From the NCBI GenBank assembly GCA_026706845.1, contig JAPOXY010000082.1, positions 15,779 to 79,778 of the forward strand: a stretch of 64,000 bases of DNA. Reading direction: 5' to 3'. Positions 8,822-19,277 of this stretch are shown here, one piece after another. The stretch comes from Gemmatimonadota bacterium. GTDB taxonomy: Bacteria; Latescibacterota; UBA2968. The notes under the pieces were generated by a model, which made no database searches, was not told the DNA's origin, and saw only the letters and a list, made by a program, of their open reading frames with translations. Within the stretch, counting starts at the first letter, position 1. Each line of letters starts with the position of its first letter. The translations under genes were made by a program, and so were the position numbers.

Positions 8822-9976
8822 CTACTTCCGATTTAACACCACCATATCATCCCGATGGATAACCACCGCGCCATTGTTGATCCCGAGAATTTCTGCAACT
8901 TCTGGCGTTTTTTTTCCGCGAATACGTCGCACATCATCGGCGTCAAATCGCGTTAAACCGCGCGCAATCTCAACGCGTTTTTCTGATTCAACGCCAATGA
9001 GCTCACCAACTTCAAAATCGCCAATAACGCGGATAATACCCGAAGGCAACAAACTTTTGCCTCCATCGCTCAAAGCAACCACTGCGCCATCATCTACGAC
9101 CACACCCCCTCGCTTTCGGGAATGCACCAACCACAAATCTCTGCTGTTCAAACTGCGATTATCCGCCACAAATAACGTGCCGCAATCTGCCCCATCCAAA
9201 ATTTCGCGCAAACCGTTTGTACATCCATTTGCAATCACCGCCATCTGCCCACCTTGCATCACGGCCTCCGCCGCCCTGAGTTTTGTGCGCATTCCCCCGC
9301 GTCCCAGTGCACTCCCCGAAGACCCTACAGTTGCGTAGAGTTCTTCGGGCATCCCGTGCACAGACCGAACCAGTTGCGCGTCTGAGTCTTTTGCGGGATC
9401 ACTTAAAAACAACCCATCGACATCGGTCAACAACACCAGCATATCCGCATCCACCAGATGCGACACCATTGCGGACAGGCGGTCATTTTCGCCCACAGAC
9501 AATTGCAATTCTTCCACCGCCACGCTGTCGTTCTCATTGACAACAGGCACAACACCATACCGAAACAATTGATCCAATGTATTGCGCGCATTTACATACC
9601 GAGTGCGATTATCCAGATCATCCGATGTCAACAGCACCTGTCCCACCAAAACACCGTGTGCCTCAAATGCCCGTTTGTACGCATCCATCACCAATCCCTG
9701 TCCCACCGCAGCCGTAGCTTGCAAATCGGCCAACCGCCTCGGCCGATTATTCAATCCCAATTGCCCCATACCGGCGCCAACGGCTCCGGATGTCACAATC
9801 GCCACCTGTAAACCGCGATCTCTCAAATATGCCACATCGGCAGCCAGGCGGTCAATCACCGCGAGATTCAATGTGTTGCCATGTGCCGTCACCACCCGCG
9901 TGCCCAATTTTACCACCACCCGCCGCACATCGGCAAACAAAACTTTGCGGTCTATTCGTTTATTCATCCCACTCAT
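8822..9976 (-). CDS. proB: glutamate 5-kinase with C-terminal PUA domain
   Basis: VVVKLGTRVVT.. amino-acid kinase fold. PUA-like C-terminus (VVVDDGAVVALSDGGKSLLPSGI). Confidence 0.9.
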   Translation of the reverse strand: MSGMNKRIDRKVLFADVRRVVVKLGTRVVTAHGNTLNLAVIDRLAADVAYLRDRGLQVAIVTSGAVGAGMGQLGLNNRPRRLADLQATAAVGQGLVMDAYKRAFEAHGVLVGQVLLTSDDLDNRTRYVNARNTLDQLFRYGVVPVVNENDSVAVEELQLSVGENDRLSAMVSHLVDADMLVLLTDVDGLFLSDPAKDSDAQLVRSVHGMPEELYATVGSSGSALGRGGMRTKLRAAEAVMQGGQMAVIANGCTNGLREILDGADCGTLFVADNRSLNSRDLWLVHSRKRGGVVVDDGAVVALSDGGKSLLPSGIIRVIGDFEVGELIGVESEKRVEIARGLTRFDADDVRRIRGKKTPEVAEILGINNGAVVIHRDDMVVLNRK

Positions 9977-10770
9977 GTCAAATCAATTTCGATTTTGGGA
10001 CGCACTGGCACCCCGCGTTCTGCGAGATAGGTTTTGACTTCCGCAATACTGTATTGATTGTAGTGAAAAATCGACGCCGCCAGTGCCGCGCTCGCCTTCC
10101 CTTCGGACAACACCGCGTACATATCCTCTGGTCCCCCTGCCCCTCCAGACGCTACAATCGGCACATCCACGCGCTCGGCAACCATGCGGTTCAATTCAAT
10201 ATCGTATCCATCTTTTGTACCGTCTGCATCAATGCTATTCAAAACCAGTTCTCCCGCGCCGCGGTCCACCAGTTCCTCAGCCCATTCGAGGGCATCTCGT
10301 CCCGTATATGTGCGCCCGCCATTGATAACCACTTCCCATCGCACATCCTCGGTTTGATCGGGATTCGGCTGCCGAATTGCGTCAATTGACCCCACAATTG
10401 CCTGCGATCCAAAACTTTCAGCCCCCTGCGTAATAATTTCAGGCGTGTGTATAGCTGCCGAATTGATCGACGCTTTTTCTGCGCCCCCTTCGATAATTGT
10501 GCGAATGTCCTGATACGTGCGAACGCCTCCGCCAACCGTAAAGGGAATAAACACTTCTTCGGACACGCGCCGCACGAGTTTGCCGACAATATCGCGCTTC
10601 TCCGCCGACGCCGTAATATCGTAAAACACCAGTTCATCGGCACCTTCTGCATCATAGCGTTTCGCGAGTTCAATGGGGTCGCCAGCGTCTTTATCGGCTG
10701 AAAACTTAACCCCGCGCACATTGCGACCGTTTTTCACATCCAAACACGGAATAATTCGCCTGGCCAGCAT
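9973..10770 (-). CDS. hisF: imidazole glycerol phosphate synthase cyclase subunit
   Basis: [34 protein letters not shown]; start taken at MLARRIIP, which aligns with HisF N-termini (the ORF extends to 10788). Confidence 0.9.
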   Translation of the reverse strand: MLARRIIPCLDVKNGRNVRGVKFSADKDAGDPIELAKRYDAEGADELVFYDITASAEKRDIVGKLVRRVSEEVFIPFTVGGGVRTYQDIRTIIEGGAEKASINSAAIHTPEIITQGAESFGSQAIVGSIDAIRQPNPDQTEDVRWEVVINGGRTYTGRDALEWAEELVDRGAGELVLNSIDADGTKDGYDIELNRMVAERVDVPIVASGGAGGPEDMYAVLSEGKASAALAASIFHYNQYSIAEVKTYLAERGVPVRPKIEIDLT

Positions 10771-10771
10771 C

Positions 10772-11374
10772 CTACACCCTCTCCGCAAAATTCTTCAAAA
10801 TTTTCAAGCCCGCATCCTGACTTTTCTCGGGGTGAAACTGCACGCCAAAAGCCCGACCATTTCCGGCAATCGACGCATAATCAATCCCGTAATCCGTCAC
10901 CCCGACCACATCTTCATCGCGCTCAGACGCCACAAAAAAAGAATGGACAAAATAAAAATAAGACCTGTCGGGCACGCCATCTAAAAGTGCTGTCTCGCGC
11001 TGAATTCGCACCTCATTCCACCCAATTTGCGGAACGCGCTGCCCTTCGGGAAAACGCTTCACTTTCCCCGACAAAATGTCCAACCCCCTGTGCTGCCCCA
11101 TTTCTTCACTCTCGGCAAACATCAATTGCAACCCCAAACAAATACCCAAAAAAGGTCGGCCTTCTGAAATAGCTCTTACAATGGGCGCAATCAATCCCGC
11201 TGTTTTCAGATTGTTCATCGCATCGCCAAATGCTCCAACGCCGGGAAGCACAACGCGCTCGGCGGCATCGATATCCCCGGGGCTATCGACAATAACAGCC
11301 TTTGCCCCAACGTGTTCAAACGCCTTTTGAACACTTCGCAAATTCCCCATCCCGTAATCGACAACCGCAATCAT
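10772..11374 (-). CDS. hisH: imidazole glycerol phosphate synthase glutamine amidotransferase subunit
   Basis: MIAVVDYGMGNLRSVQKAFEHVGA.. class-I GATase, with an ICLGLQLMFAES active-site Cys motif. Confidence 0.9.
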   Translation of the reverse strand: MIAVVDYGMGNLRSVQKAFEHVGAKAVIVDSPGDIDAAERVVLPGVGAFGDAMNNLKTAGLIAPIVRAISEGRPFLGICLGLQLMFAESEEMGQHRGLDILSGKVKRFPEGQRVPQIGWNEVRIQRETALLDGVPDRSYFYFVHSFFVASERDEDVVGVTDYGIDYASIAGNGRAFGVQFHPEKSQDAGLKILKNFAERV

Positions 11375-11375
11375 C

Positions 11376-12215
11376 TCATTCTCCCAATGCGCTCGACCGC
11401 TCTGTAGCAGCCAAAACAGCATCCATCAAAGCAGCGCGCAAACCGCCCTGTTCCAGCGCGTGCAAACCCGCAATCGTCGTTCCGCCCGCCGACGTCACCT
11501 GATCTTTCAAAATTGCCGGATGATCGCCGCTCTCGGCAACCCTGCGCGCAGCTCCCAGCACAGTCTGTGTCGCCAGTGTCAACGCCATATCTTTTGACAA
11601 ACCAGACCGCACCCCGCCATCTGCCAGCGCGTCAATTACCGCGTACACATAGGCAGGTCCACTACCCGCGAGTCCAGTCACCGCATCCATCTGTGATTCT
11701 GAAACAACGACCGCTGCACCAACCGCATTGAACAGAGACAGCGCCAGACTCAGATGATCCTCACCCACATGTGCGCCAGCACATATTCCCGAACCCGCCG
11801 CACCGACCTGCGCCAGAACATTGGGCATCGCGCGAATAACGGGCAGCGAACCCAATTCTGCTTCCAATGCCGCAATACGCACACCCGCCATAAAGGAAAT
11901 AATCACCTGATCACAGTGCAACAAATCCCGAAAGCCCTCAACGGTCTGCTTCCAGAACTGGGGCTTCACACCCAGAACCACAATATCCTGATGGCCCACC
12001 ACTTCGCGCGCATCCGCAGCAATGTGAACACCCAACTCGCGCTTTCTCTGATCCAACACCTCAGCAACCAGATCCACCGCCGTGATATTTTCAGGCGCGA
12101 TCTCTCCCGACCGAATCCAACCGGCCATCAGCGCGCCCCCCATATTGCCTGCACCAATAACAGTAATTCTTTTATTTATCATAGCAATCAGCTTTTTTTT
12201 TACCTCATCAAACAT
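11376..12215 (-). CDS. proC: pyrroline-5-carboxylate reductase
   Basis: [17 protein letters not shown] Rossmann fold; C-terminal P5CR dimerisation region with the [17 protein letters not shown] signature. Confidence 0.85.
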   Translation of the reverse strand: MFDEVKKKLIAMINKRITVIGAGNMGGALMAGWIRSGEIAPENITAVDLVAEVLDQRKRELGVHIAADAREVVGHQDIVVLGVKPQFWKQTVEGFRDLLHCDQVIISFMAGVRIAALEAELGSLPVIRAMPNVLAQVGAAGSGICAGAHVGEDHLSLALSLFNAVGAAVVVSESQMDAVTGLAGSGPAYVYAVIDALADGGVRSGLSKDMALTLATQTVLGAARRVAESGDHPAILKDQVTSAGGTTIAGLHALEQGGLRAALMDAVLAATERSSALGE

Positions 12216-13137
12216 ACGTCAACCAGCCGCGCTTATCTTCCGCACGACCTTCCACAACAGCAAAAAAGGCATCCTGTAGTTTCTTGGTGATTTCTCCCCG
12301 AGAACCACAGCCAATTTTGATGTGGTCAATAGTCGTAATAGGCGTTATCTCTGCCGCGCTACCCGTAAAGAACACCTCATCGGCTATGTACAGGGACTCG
12401 CGTGGAATTGGTCGCGTGGTCACGGAATAGCCCAATTCTCGGGCCAGCGTAATAACCGAATGTCGCGTAATACCGGGCAAAATAGACGACTCAGTAGAAG
12501 GCGTGTAAATCTGCCCATTCTTCGCCATAAAAATATTCTCACCGCTGCCTTCGCTCACATAACCCTGTGTATCCAGGGCAATACCCTCGGCATAGCCATC
12601 GGCCATCGCCTCCATTTTAATCAGCTGTGCATTCATATAATTTGCCGCCACCTTGGCCAGCGAAGGCATGGTATTGGGCGCCAGGCGATTCCACGACGCA
12701 AATCGAACCGACACGCCTTTTTCCAGCGCTTCTGGCCCCAGGTACTCGCCCCATTCCCACACCGCGATCACCACGTCAATCGGGCATGGCATCGGATTGA
12801 CGGCCAACTCGCCAACGCCTCCATATCCCCGAAAAACCACGGGCCTGACATAACACGATTGCAAGTTATTAATGCGAATCGTCTCCAAAATAGCCGCTTC
12901 CAGTTCATTTTGTGTATAGGGAATTTCCATGCGATAAATTTTGGCCGAATCGTAAATCCTTTGCACATGATCTCGAAGCCTGAAACAGGCCGGTCCTCTT
13001 TCGGTATGATAACATCGCATCCCCTCAAAAACACTCGAACCGTAATGCACCACATGGGACAACACGTGAATTTTGGCATCGTCCCAATCCACAAAATTCC
13101 CATTAAACCAGATCTTATACGACTTTGGAATGGGCAT
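12208..13137 (-). CDS. ilvE: branched-chain amino acid aminotransferase
   Basis: [43 protein letters not shown]; fold-type IV PLP enzyme. Confidence 0.9.
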   Translation of the reverse strand: MPIPKSYKIWFNGNFVDWDDAKIHVLSHVVHYGSSVFEGMRCYHTERGPACFRLRDHVQRIYDSAKIYRMEIPYTQNELEAAILETIRINNLQSCYVRPVVFRGYGGVGELAVNPMPCPIDVVIAVWEWGEYLGPEALEKGVSVRFASWNRLAPNTMPSLAKVAANYMNAQLIKMEAMADGYAEGIALDTQGYVSEGSGENIFMAKNGQIYTPSTESSILPGITRHSVITLARELGYSVTTRPIPRESLYIADEVFFTGSAAEITPITTIDHIKIGCGSRGEITKKLQDAFFAVVEGRAEDKRGWLTYV

Positions 13138-13158
13138 AAGAAATCCCTTTCTATAAAA

Positions 13159-13935
13159 CTATCTCACAGCCAATGCGCGACAAATCCGTTCAAATCCATC
13201 TATCGATATGGTTTCGGGACGCGCGCGACCATCGATATTCGCTTCCATCAAAATCTCATCATCTACCACACCAGCCAACGCATTGCGCACCATCTTTCTC
13301 CGCTGCTGAAATGCGGCGCGCACCACGCCAAACAAACGCCTTTCATCTGCAATATCATAAGCAGAATTTGCTTCAAAATCCAGCATCAACACAGAAGAAT
13401 GCACTTTGGGTCGCGGATAAAAATGCGCGGGAGGCAGATCAAACAACCGTTTTGCGACACACCGCACCTGTGTAACAACCGACAACACGCCATATATTTT
13501 GCTGCCCGGCGGCGCGATCATGCGTTGTCCCACCTCGCGCTGCACTGTAATCACAGCGCGTTTCCAAACCCTTCGAGCATCTGTAATTTGCCTGATAAGC
13601 GCGCCCGTAATATGATAGGGCAGATTGCCCACCAAAATCGCCTTTTCACTTTTTGACGTTTCAACAAGCGCGGGCAAATTGACCTGCCGCACATCGTCTG
13701 ATACAATTTTTAACCGCGAACCAAATCGATCCGAAAGCAGATCACACAACGCCCCATCAATCTCAATAGCGACCACCTGCCCTGCCCGCCCAACCAAAAG
13801 GCCCGTCAAAGCACCTCGTCCAGGACCAATTTCTACGACCAGATCCTCTTTCTCAACCTGCGCAGCCTCTACGATTCGCGCGATAGATGCACCATCCGTG
13901 AGAAAATGCTGGCCCAGCCGCGTCTTCGTTTTCAC
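13159..13935 (-). CDS. rsmA: 16S rRNA (adenine1518/1519-N6)-dimethyltransferase
   Basis: RLGQHFLTDGASIARIVEAA..VVEIGPGRGALT KsgA motifs. The ORF extends to 13986, but the likely start is GTG (VKTKTRLGQHFL) abutting the tatD stop. Confidence 0.8.
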   Translation of the reverse strand: MKTKTRLGQHFLTDGASIARIVEAAQVEKEDLVVEIGPGRGALTGLLVGRAGQVVAIEIDGALCDLLSDRFGSRLKIVSDDVRQVNLPALVETSKSEKAILVGNLPYHITGALIRQITDARRVWKRAVITVQREVGQRMIAPPGSKIYGVLSVVTQVRCVAKRLFDLPPAHFYPRPKVHSSVLMLDFEANSAYDIADERRLFGVVRAAFQQRRKMVRNALAGVVDDEILMEANIDGRARPETISIDGFERICRALAVR

Positions 13936-14702
13936 GTTGATCCCAATCCAAACAAAGCCTGAGCATTTTGCGTCGTCTGCCGACAAACATCTTCAGTATC
14001 CCCGCATCCTGCATCAGCCAGATACTCGGCGACATAGCGCACATAAGCTGGCTCATTGCGCTTGCCGCGTTTTGGCGCCGGTGCCAGAAACGGACAATCC
14101 GTCTCCAAAAGCAACCGCTCAGCGGGCACATCTAATGCAACCTCCAACGCACCCGAATTTTTGAAAGTAACAATACCGCCAAACCCCAGATAAAAATTGA
14201 GATCCACCGCGCGCTTGGCTCCTTCGACATCCCCGCCAAAACAATGCATCACACCGCCCACCTCCGATCCACCCTCTTCCTCCAACACATCTAACACCCG
14301 CGTTTCAGCACCCCGACTGTGAATAATCAGCGGCAGGCCCATCTCTCTCGCCAGACGAATATGTGCCCGAAACGCCCGTTCCTGAACCTCGCGCGGCGCG
14401 TAATCGCGATAAAAATCCAACCCCGTCTCGCCAACCGCAACAACCCTGTGATGCTCCAAAAGCGCGGGCAACTTTTTTAAAGCCGCTTCATCCGCCTTTG
14501 CAGAATCCGACGGATGAAACCCCGCCGAAGCAAACACATCGTCCTGCGCCTCAGCAAGGGCAATAGCTGCACGACTCGTCTCCAAATTTGTACCCACATT
14601 CACAATCTGCCCCACCCCCGCAGTCCTCGCCCGGGCGAGCAAATCGTCCAAATCCTTCCTGAATTGTGGAAACATCAAATGAGCGTGTGAATCGACAAGC
14701 AT
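13932..14702 (-). CDS. tatD: TatD family metal-dependent hydrolase/DNase
   Basis: MLVDSHAHLMFPQF..GVGQIVNVGT; TIM-barrel TatD motifs, including a C-terminal ETDCPFLAP. Confidence 0.85.
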   Translation of the reverse strand: MLVDSHAHLMFPQFRKDLDDLLARARTAGVGQIVNVGTNLETSRAAIALAEAQDDVFASAGFHPSDSAKADEAALKKLPALLEHHRVVAVGETGLDFYRDYAPREVQERAFRAHIRLAREMGLPLIIHSRGAETRVLDVLEEEGGSEVGGVMHCFGGDVEGAKRAVDLNFYLGFGGIVTFKNSGALEVALDVPAERLLLETDCPFLAPAPKRGKRNEPAYVRYVAEYLADAGCGDTEDVCRQTTQNAQALFGLGST

Positions 14703-14737
14703 GTTGAAATCCTGAAAAACAAAACCGTCGGCTATAT

Positions 14738-14974
14738 TCAGGTTAATGCAGCGTAATCATACACAGGTGTTTCAATAGTGCGAATGGGTTGACATCGTTC
14801 CCAAACCGCCTGTTGCAAACATTCGACAGTCTCTGGAGAAAAGAACCTTTCCCCCGTCTCAACATTGACCCGAGCAGGAACATCTTCAATGATAACAAAC
14901 CGCCCATTGACTTCAATGCTATACGTAACGCTCATCTCAACCAATGTTTCACGTACCGATTCTTGATCAGACAT
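14738..14974 (-). CDS. hypothetical small protein (78 aa) embedded in the housekeeping array
   Basis: ORF of credible codon usage filling the tatD-GNAT gap; MSDQESVRETLVEMSVTYSIEVNGRFVIIEDVPARV..; no family recognised. Confidence 0.4.
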   Translation of the reverse strand: MSDQESVRETLVEMSVTYSIEVNGRFVIIEDVPARVNVETGERFFSPETVECLQQAVWERCQPIRTIETPVYDYAALT

Positions 14975-14975
14975 T

Positions 14976-15527
14976 CTATTTTCTCCACGCCTGTCGGGTC
15001 AGTTGAAACCGCCGTGCGGGTTCGTTCTCGAACTTGGAACTATTGTATAGAAACCCTTCCGTCTCCTGAAACCCATTCTTCTCCAGAACACGAGCGGAAG
15101 TCGGGTTGCACTTCAGACAAGCCGAATGAACCATCTCCATGCCGAGTTCACAAAACGCGTAGTGTAGCGCAAGAGCAACCGCTCTGGTCGTGATTCCCCT
15201 GCCCCAGTGCGACGATGCGATTGCGTAATCACACCGGACGCTGCATTTTTCGTAATCAACTGCTCCGAGTCCCACCACGCCAATCATATCGCCATCTGCA
15301 ACAATAGCGAAAGAGAAACCCTCTCGATTTCTGTGTGCTCTAATGCTTCTTCTGACGAATGTTTCCCCGCCATTCTCCGGATATGGTTGGGGTATGGTAG
15401 TAGTACGCGCAACGCGTTCATCAGAGGCATAGCGCTGCACTGCTGCTGCATCGCTGAGCCGCAATGGACGAATTTTAACCTCTATTTGCTTCTCAATTAA
15501 CCTCTGCCCCATCACTAATCTCACCAT
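14976..15527 (-). CDS. GNAT family N-acetyltransferase (RimJ/RimL-like)
   Basis: IRPLRLSDAAAVQRYASDERV..HWGRGITTRAVALALHYAF..ARVLEKNGF motifs A/B. The 5' end overlaps the metG stop, so the true start is probably internal. Confidence 0.8.
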   Translation of the reverse strand: MVRLVMGQRLIEKQIEVKIRPLRLSDAAAVQRYASDERVARTTTIPQPYPENGGETFVRRSIRAHRNREGFSFAIVADGDMIGVVGLGAVDYEKCSVRCDYAIASSHWGRGITTRAVALALHYAFCELGMEMVHSACLKCNPTSARVLEKNGFQETEGFLYNSSKFENEPARRFQLTRQAWRK

Positions 15528-17397
15528 CCGGCGTTACGAGTGTGAGGCCCTGATCATCGGAAGCCGCCAGCAGCATACCCTGGGATTCGACACCGCGAAT
15601 AGTCGCGGGTTCCAGATTGGCAACCACCACAATCTGCTGCCCAACGAGTGCCTCTGGTTCGTAAAACTCGGCAATCCCGGCGACGATCTGGCGCTGCTCA
15701 TCGCCCAAACTAATTTGCAACTGCAAAAGGCGATCCGCCCCCTTCACGCGCTCGGCTGCCTCAATTTTTGCCACGCGCAATTTGAGCTTCTGAAAATCTG
15801 AAAAAGAAATCAACTCTTCTTCTGGTCTTTCCTCTGCCACATTGACCTCCTCAATACGCGGGAACACCGGATCGCCAGGTGCAACCTTCAAATTGGCATC
15901 CAGACCGCCCCATGTTTTTAAATCATCCAAATGAACATCTTCCGGCGAACCCTTTGCACCGAGTTGTCGCCAAATCTCACACGCCTTTGACGGAATCACC
16001 GGAAACAGCAAAACGGCCAATTGCCGCAGAGTCTCCAGCAACGCGTAAATCGTCACCTCAAGCTCGGCCCTCTTGCTCACATCCTTCACCAAATGCCACG
16101 GCGCCTGCACCTCGACAAACCGATTGGCCTCCCGCACCAACCGCCAAACCGCATCCAGCACCGCATTGGGATTCATCGCATCAATAGCTTTGCCCACCGC
16201 ATCGAGCGTCTCATCAGTCTGCGCCTTCAAAGCGTCGAGTGCGGCATGACGACCATCAACAGCAGGCACAACCCCATCCAAATATCGCGCAGCCATCACC
16301 ACCGAGCGATTCAGCAAATTGCCCAACTCATTGGCCAACTCGGTATTATAGCGCTGAACAAAAGCCTCTTCGCTAAAATTGCTATCTTGCCCCAGCGTCA
16401 TATCGCGCACCAGAAAATACCGAAACGCATCCACCCCGTATTTATCAGCCAGATCCAGAGGCCGAATCGCATTGCCCAGCGACTTCCCCATCTTTGTCTC
16501 ATCCACGAGCCAAAAACCATGCCCCATAATCGTTCTGGGCAATGGCACACCTATTGCCTTGAGCATCGTGGGCCAATAGACGCAGTGCGTGGTCAAAATA
16601 TCCTTGCCAATCAAATGACAAGACGCCTGCCACCAGTGCTCAAAACGCGCATCATCGGCGATATAACCCGGTGCCGTGATATAATTGATCAGCGCATCGA
16701 ACCACACATAACAGACATAATCTTCATCAAAAGGAAGCGGAATCCCCCATTCCAAACGCGCTCTGGGACGAGAAATACACAAATCGCCCAGCGGCTGGCG
16801 CAAAAACCCGAGGATCTCGTTGCGCCGCTTTTCCGGTCGAATAAAATTGGGATGTGTCTCGATATACTCAATGAGCCAGTCCTGGTATTTGCTCATCCTG
16901 AAAAAGTAATTCTTCTCCGAAATCTTCTCTGTAGGCCGCCCGCAATCCGGACAATTCCCATCAACCAGATCTTTTTCCGTCCAGAACCGTTCGTCCGGGA
17001 TACAATACCAGCCTTCGTAATTGTCGGAATAAATCTCACCCGCATCGTAAATGCGTTGCAAAATCTCGGAGACAACGCGCTTGTGCCGCGCTTCGGTTGT
17101 GCGAATAAAATCGTCGTTAGAAATATTTAAGGCCTCCCACAACGCCTGAAATCGCACCACCATCTCATCGGCGTGAGCCTGCGGCGACAAATTGCGTTCC
17201 TTCGCCGCCTCATCCACTTTCTGCCCGTGCTCATCCGTACCCGTCAAAAACAACACATCATCGCCAGCCAGGCGATGAAAACGCGACAGCACATCGGCCA
17301 TAATCGTCGTGTACGCATGCCCGATATGGGGCTCATCATTGACGTAATAAATCGGTGTTGTAATATAAAATGTGCCCATTTTTCTACACCCACTCAA
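15493..17397 (-). CDS. metG: methionyl-tRNA synthetase with C-terminal tRNA-binding (EMAP-like) domain
   Basis: YITTPIYYVNDEPHIGHAY (HIGH), KMGKSLGN (KMSKS), Zn knuckle CPDCG, C-terminal OB-fold. Confidence 0.95.
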   Translation of the reverse strand: MSGCRKMGTFYITTPIYYVNDEPHIGHAYTTIMADVLSRFHRLAGDDVLFLTGTDEHGQKVDEAAKERNLSPQAHADEMVVRFQALWEALNISNDDFIRTTEARHKRVVSEILQRIYDAGEIYSDNYEGWYCIPDERFWTEKDLVDGNCPDCGRPTEKISEKNYFFRMSKYQDWLIEYIETHPNFIRPEKRRNEILGFLRQPLGDLCISRPRARLEWGIPLPFDEDYVCYVWFDALINYITAPGYIADDARFEHWWQASCHLIGKDILTTHCVYWPTMLKAIGVPLPRTIMGHGFWLVDETKMGKSLGNAIRPLDLADKYGVDAFRYFLVRDMTLGQDSNFSEEAFVQRYNTELANELGNLLNRSVVMAARYLDGVVPAVDGRHAALDALKAQTDETLDAVGKAIDAMNPNAVLDAVWRLVREANRFVEVQAPWHLVKDVSKRAELEVTIYALLETLRQLAVLLFPVIPSKACEIWRQLGAKGSPEDVHLDDLKTWGGLDANLKVAPGDPVFPRIEEVNVAEERPEEELISFSDFQKLKLRVAKIEAAERVKGADRLLQLQISLGDEQRQIVAGIAEFYEPEALVGQQIVVVANLEPATIRGVESQGMLLAASDDQGLTLVTPDGEISDGAEVN

Positions 17398-18482
17398 AGG
17401 GACCTGATCTGTCGCCAGAGCGAAATCAAGCCCAGATTCATATTCACATTGCGTTGATTCATCTCCCGCAAAGACTCAATCTTTTTTACAATTGCGGCGA
17501 GTTGGTCCAGATCAAAAACCTCCGCCAATCGCCCGACATTGTCCTCCTGCGCGGCATTGGCTATACAATCGCCCCGACCACATTGCAGCAACAGCGCGTC
17601 CCTGAGCCAGATTTCTGCACCTGCCAAAATATCCAACGCCTCTTGTCGGTCGAGTTTTACCAGTGCTTCAAACGTGCGCTCCTCCTGCTCCCCCAACAAC
17701 GCTTCCAAAAACTTGAAAGATCGATCTTGCCTATCTGCGACATGGCCATCGGTCATATCCAATGCCCTGCGCAAGTCGCCGCCACATGTGCGTGCAATAA
17801 AATCTGCCGTTGTCTCATCAACGCCCCTTGCCACCAACCCGGCACTGATATCCTGAGCCGAAAGCGCGGGAAATTTCACAAACTGACACCGGGACACAAT
17901 GGTGGGCAACAACGCATCGCCATGGGAAGCAATCAAAATCATCAGCGACCGAACAGGTGGTTCCTCCAGAGTTTTCAACATAGCGTTGGCCGCCTCTGCA
18001 CGCATTTGATCCGCGTGTAAAATAAGAGTCGTGCGCCATCCCCCTGCAAAAGCACTATGCGTAAACTGCCGCTGCATCTCCCGAACGCGATCAATGGCAA
18101 TCGCTGCATTGTCGTCGGGCAATGAATAGTGATAAGGCGATTCCCACACCTCGTGCAATGCGCCTTGTCTATCTTCCTCTTTCACACTCCGAGAAAAAGG
18201 AAAGAGCAACGCACTATCCGGATGATTGAGACTTGTCACCTTGTGGCATGCGGCACAATGCCCACAGGCCACAGCAGCATCTCCCGGACAATGCAATGCC
18301 TGCACAAAATCCAATGCCGCAGCCACTGCACCCGTGCCAGAAGTACCCAAAAACAAAAGCGCGTGTGGGACTCGATCTCTTTCAATCAACTCGGCCAAAA
18401 ACCCAACCGCTCGCTCCTGTCCGATCACCCGTTCCAAGTATCGCCTCTTAATATGAAAAGCCGCTGGAACGGAACATTCCAA
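17394..18482 (-). CDS. holB: DNA polymerase III delta-prime subunit
   Basis: VIGQERAVGFLAELIERDRVPHALLFLGTSGTG; Cys cluster CGHCAACHK; clamp-loader fold. Confidence 0.8.
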   Translation of the reverse strand: MECSVPAAFHIKRRYLERVIGQERAVGFLAELIERDRVPHALLFLGTSGTGAVAAALDFVQALHCPGDAAVACGHCAACHKVTSLNHPDSALLFPFSRSVKEEDRQGALHEVWESPYHYSLPDDNAAIAIDRVREMQRQFTHSAFAGGWRTTLILHADQMRAEAANAMLKTLEEPPVRSLMILIASHGDALLPTIVSRCQFVKFPALSAQDISAGLVARGVDETTADFIARTCGGDLRRALDMTDGHVADRQDRSFKFLEALLGEQEERTFEALVKLDRQEALDILAGAEIWLRDALLLQCGRGDCIANAAQEDNVGRLAEVFDLDQLAAIVKKIESLREMNQRNVNMNLGLISLWRQIRSL

Positions 18483-18720
18483 CGGCTTTTTATTAATGCA
18501 AACGACTAAAATGATCCGCTATCCATGCTCCCGCTCACAATGGGAATGTACAACACGTGCAGCCCGTACAGAGACGGGCATCGGCATTTGCATTGTTGGC
18601 ACAAAAAACAACATGGAACGGCTCCATAATCAAAAATATTCACAACGCGGTGAAAGATAATATGCCTTATCCATCCATTTGTCAAGATTTTATTATTAAA
18701 ATAGTTTTACCCCTAAACAG

Positions 18721-18749
18721 TTGACACTTGCGATACAATTTTTTAAGTT
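18721..18749 (+). promoter_or_regulatory. candidate sigma70-type promoter for the GroES-like gene
   Basis: TTGACA (18721-18726), 17-nt spacer, then TAAGTT. A TACAAT hexamer at 18734-18739 is an alternative -10. Lies in the 317-bp AT-rich region between divergent holB and the GroES-like gene. Confidence 0.3.
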
Positions 18750-18800
18750 TCACAAACAATTATTTGGATGTGTTTGGGACTCATTGAGAGAGAAAATGCA

Positions 18801-19220
18801 ATGCAAATAGGAAATAAAGAACTCGTCGTTATCGGCGACCGCGTTTTGGTCAAGCGGGAAGATTTGGAAGAACGAACCAAAGTGGGGCTTTATTTGCCCC
18901 AAACCGTAGTCGAAAAAGAAGAAGTACAGAGCGGTCGCATTATGGCCACAGGCCCAGGTCTGCCCCTGCCAGAAACGCCCGAAGACGATGAACCCTGGCG
19001 CAATTCTCCAAAAGAACCGCGGTATTTGCCCCTGCAAGTTGAGGAAGGCGATTTTGCCTTATTTTTGCAAAAAGCCGCGATGGAGATCTCTTTTGAAGGG
19101 GAGAAATATCTCATTGTGCCCCAGGCTTCCATTCTCGTTGTGATTCGAGAATCGGATACCATAGTAGGCGAAGACGAGGTATTGGATGAATTGGAGGGTT
19201 TGGACGACCTCGACCTGTAA
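18801..19220 (+). CDS. divergent Cpn10/GroES-family protein with internal insertion and acidic C-terminal tail
   Basis: LVVIGDRVLVKRED..GRIMATGPG..YLIVPQASILVVIRE align with the GroES beta-barrel. There is a ~35 aa insert (LPLPETPEDDEPWRNSPKEPRYLPLQ) and a DEVLDELEGLDDLDL tail. No groEL downstream. Confidence 0.5.
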   Translation: MQIGNKELVVIGDRVLVKREDLEERTKVGLYLPQTVVEKEEVQSGRIMATGPGLPLPETPEDDEPWRNSPKEPRYLPLQVEEGDFALFLQKAAMEISFEGEKYLIVPQASILVVIRESDTIVGEDEVLDELEGLDDLDL

Positions 19221-19240
19221 TGGTTTTGTGAAAGTTCATA

Positions 19241-19269
19241 AAAAAAGCCGCTGATTTAGCGGCTTTTTT
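19241..19269. terminator. bidirectional rho-independent terminator between converging GroES-like and FGE-like genes
   Basis: aaaaaaGCCGCTgatttAGCGGCtttttt; 6-bp GC stem flanked by an A-run and a T-run. Confidence 0.8.
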
Positions 19270-19277
19270 ATTTTAAC

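Noticed and set aside
14738-14974. Small ORF as a HicB/UPF0150-type antitoxin
   Set aside because: There is only a vague pattern resemblance (Y.IE...F...DVP..V..GE). No convincing motif alignment and no adjacent HicA-like partner.
18483-18800. CIRCE (HrcA) operator upstream of the GroES-like gene
   Set aside because: No TTAGCACTC-N9-GAGTGCTAA-like inverted repeat is present. Only short generic hairpins occur, e.g. GCCCGTacagagACGGGC.
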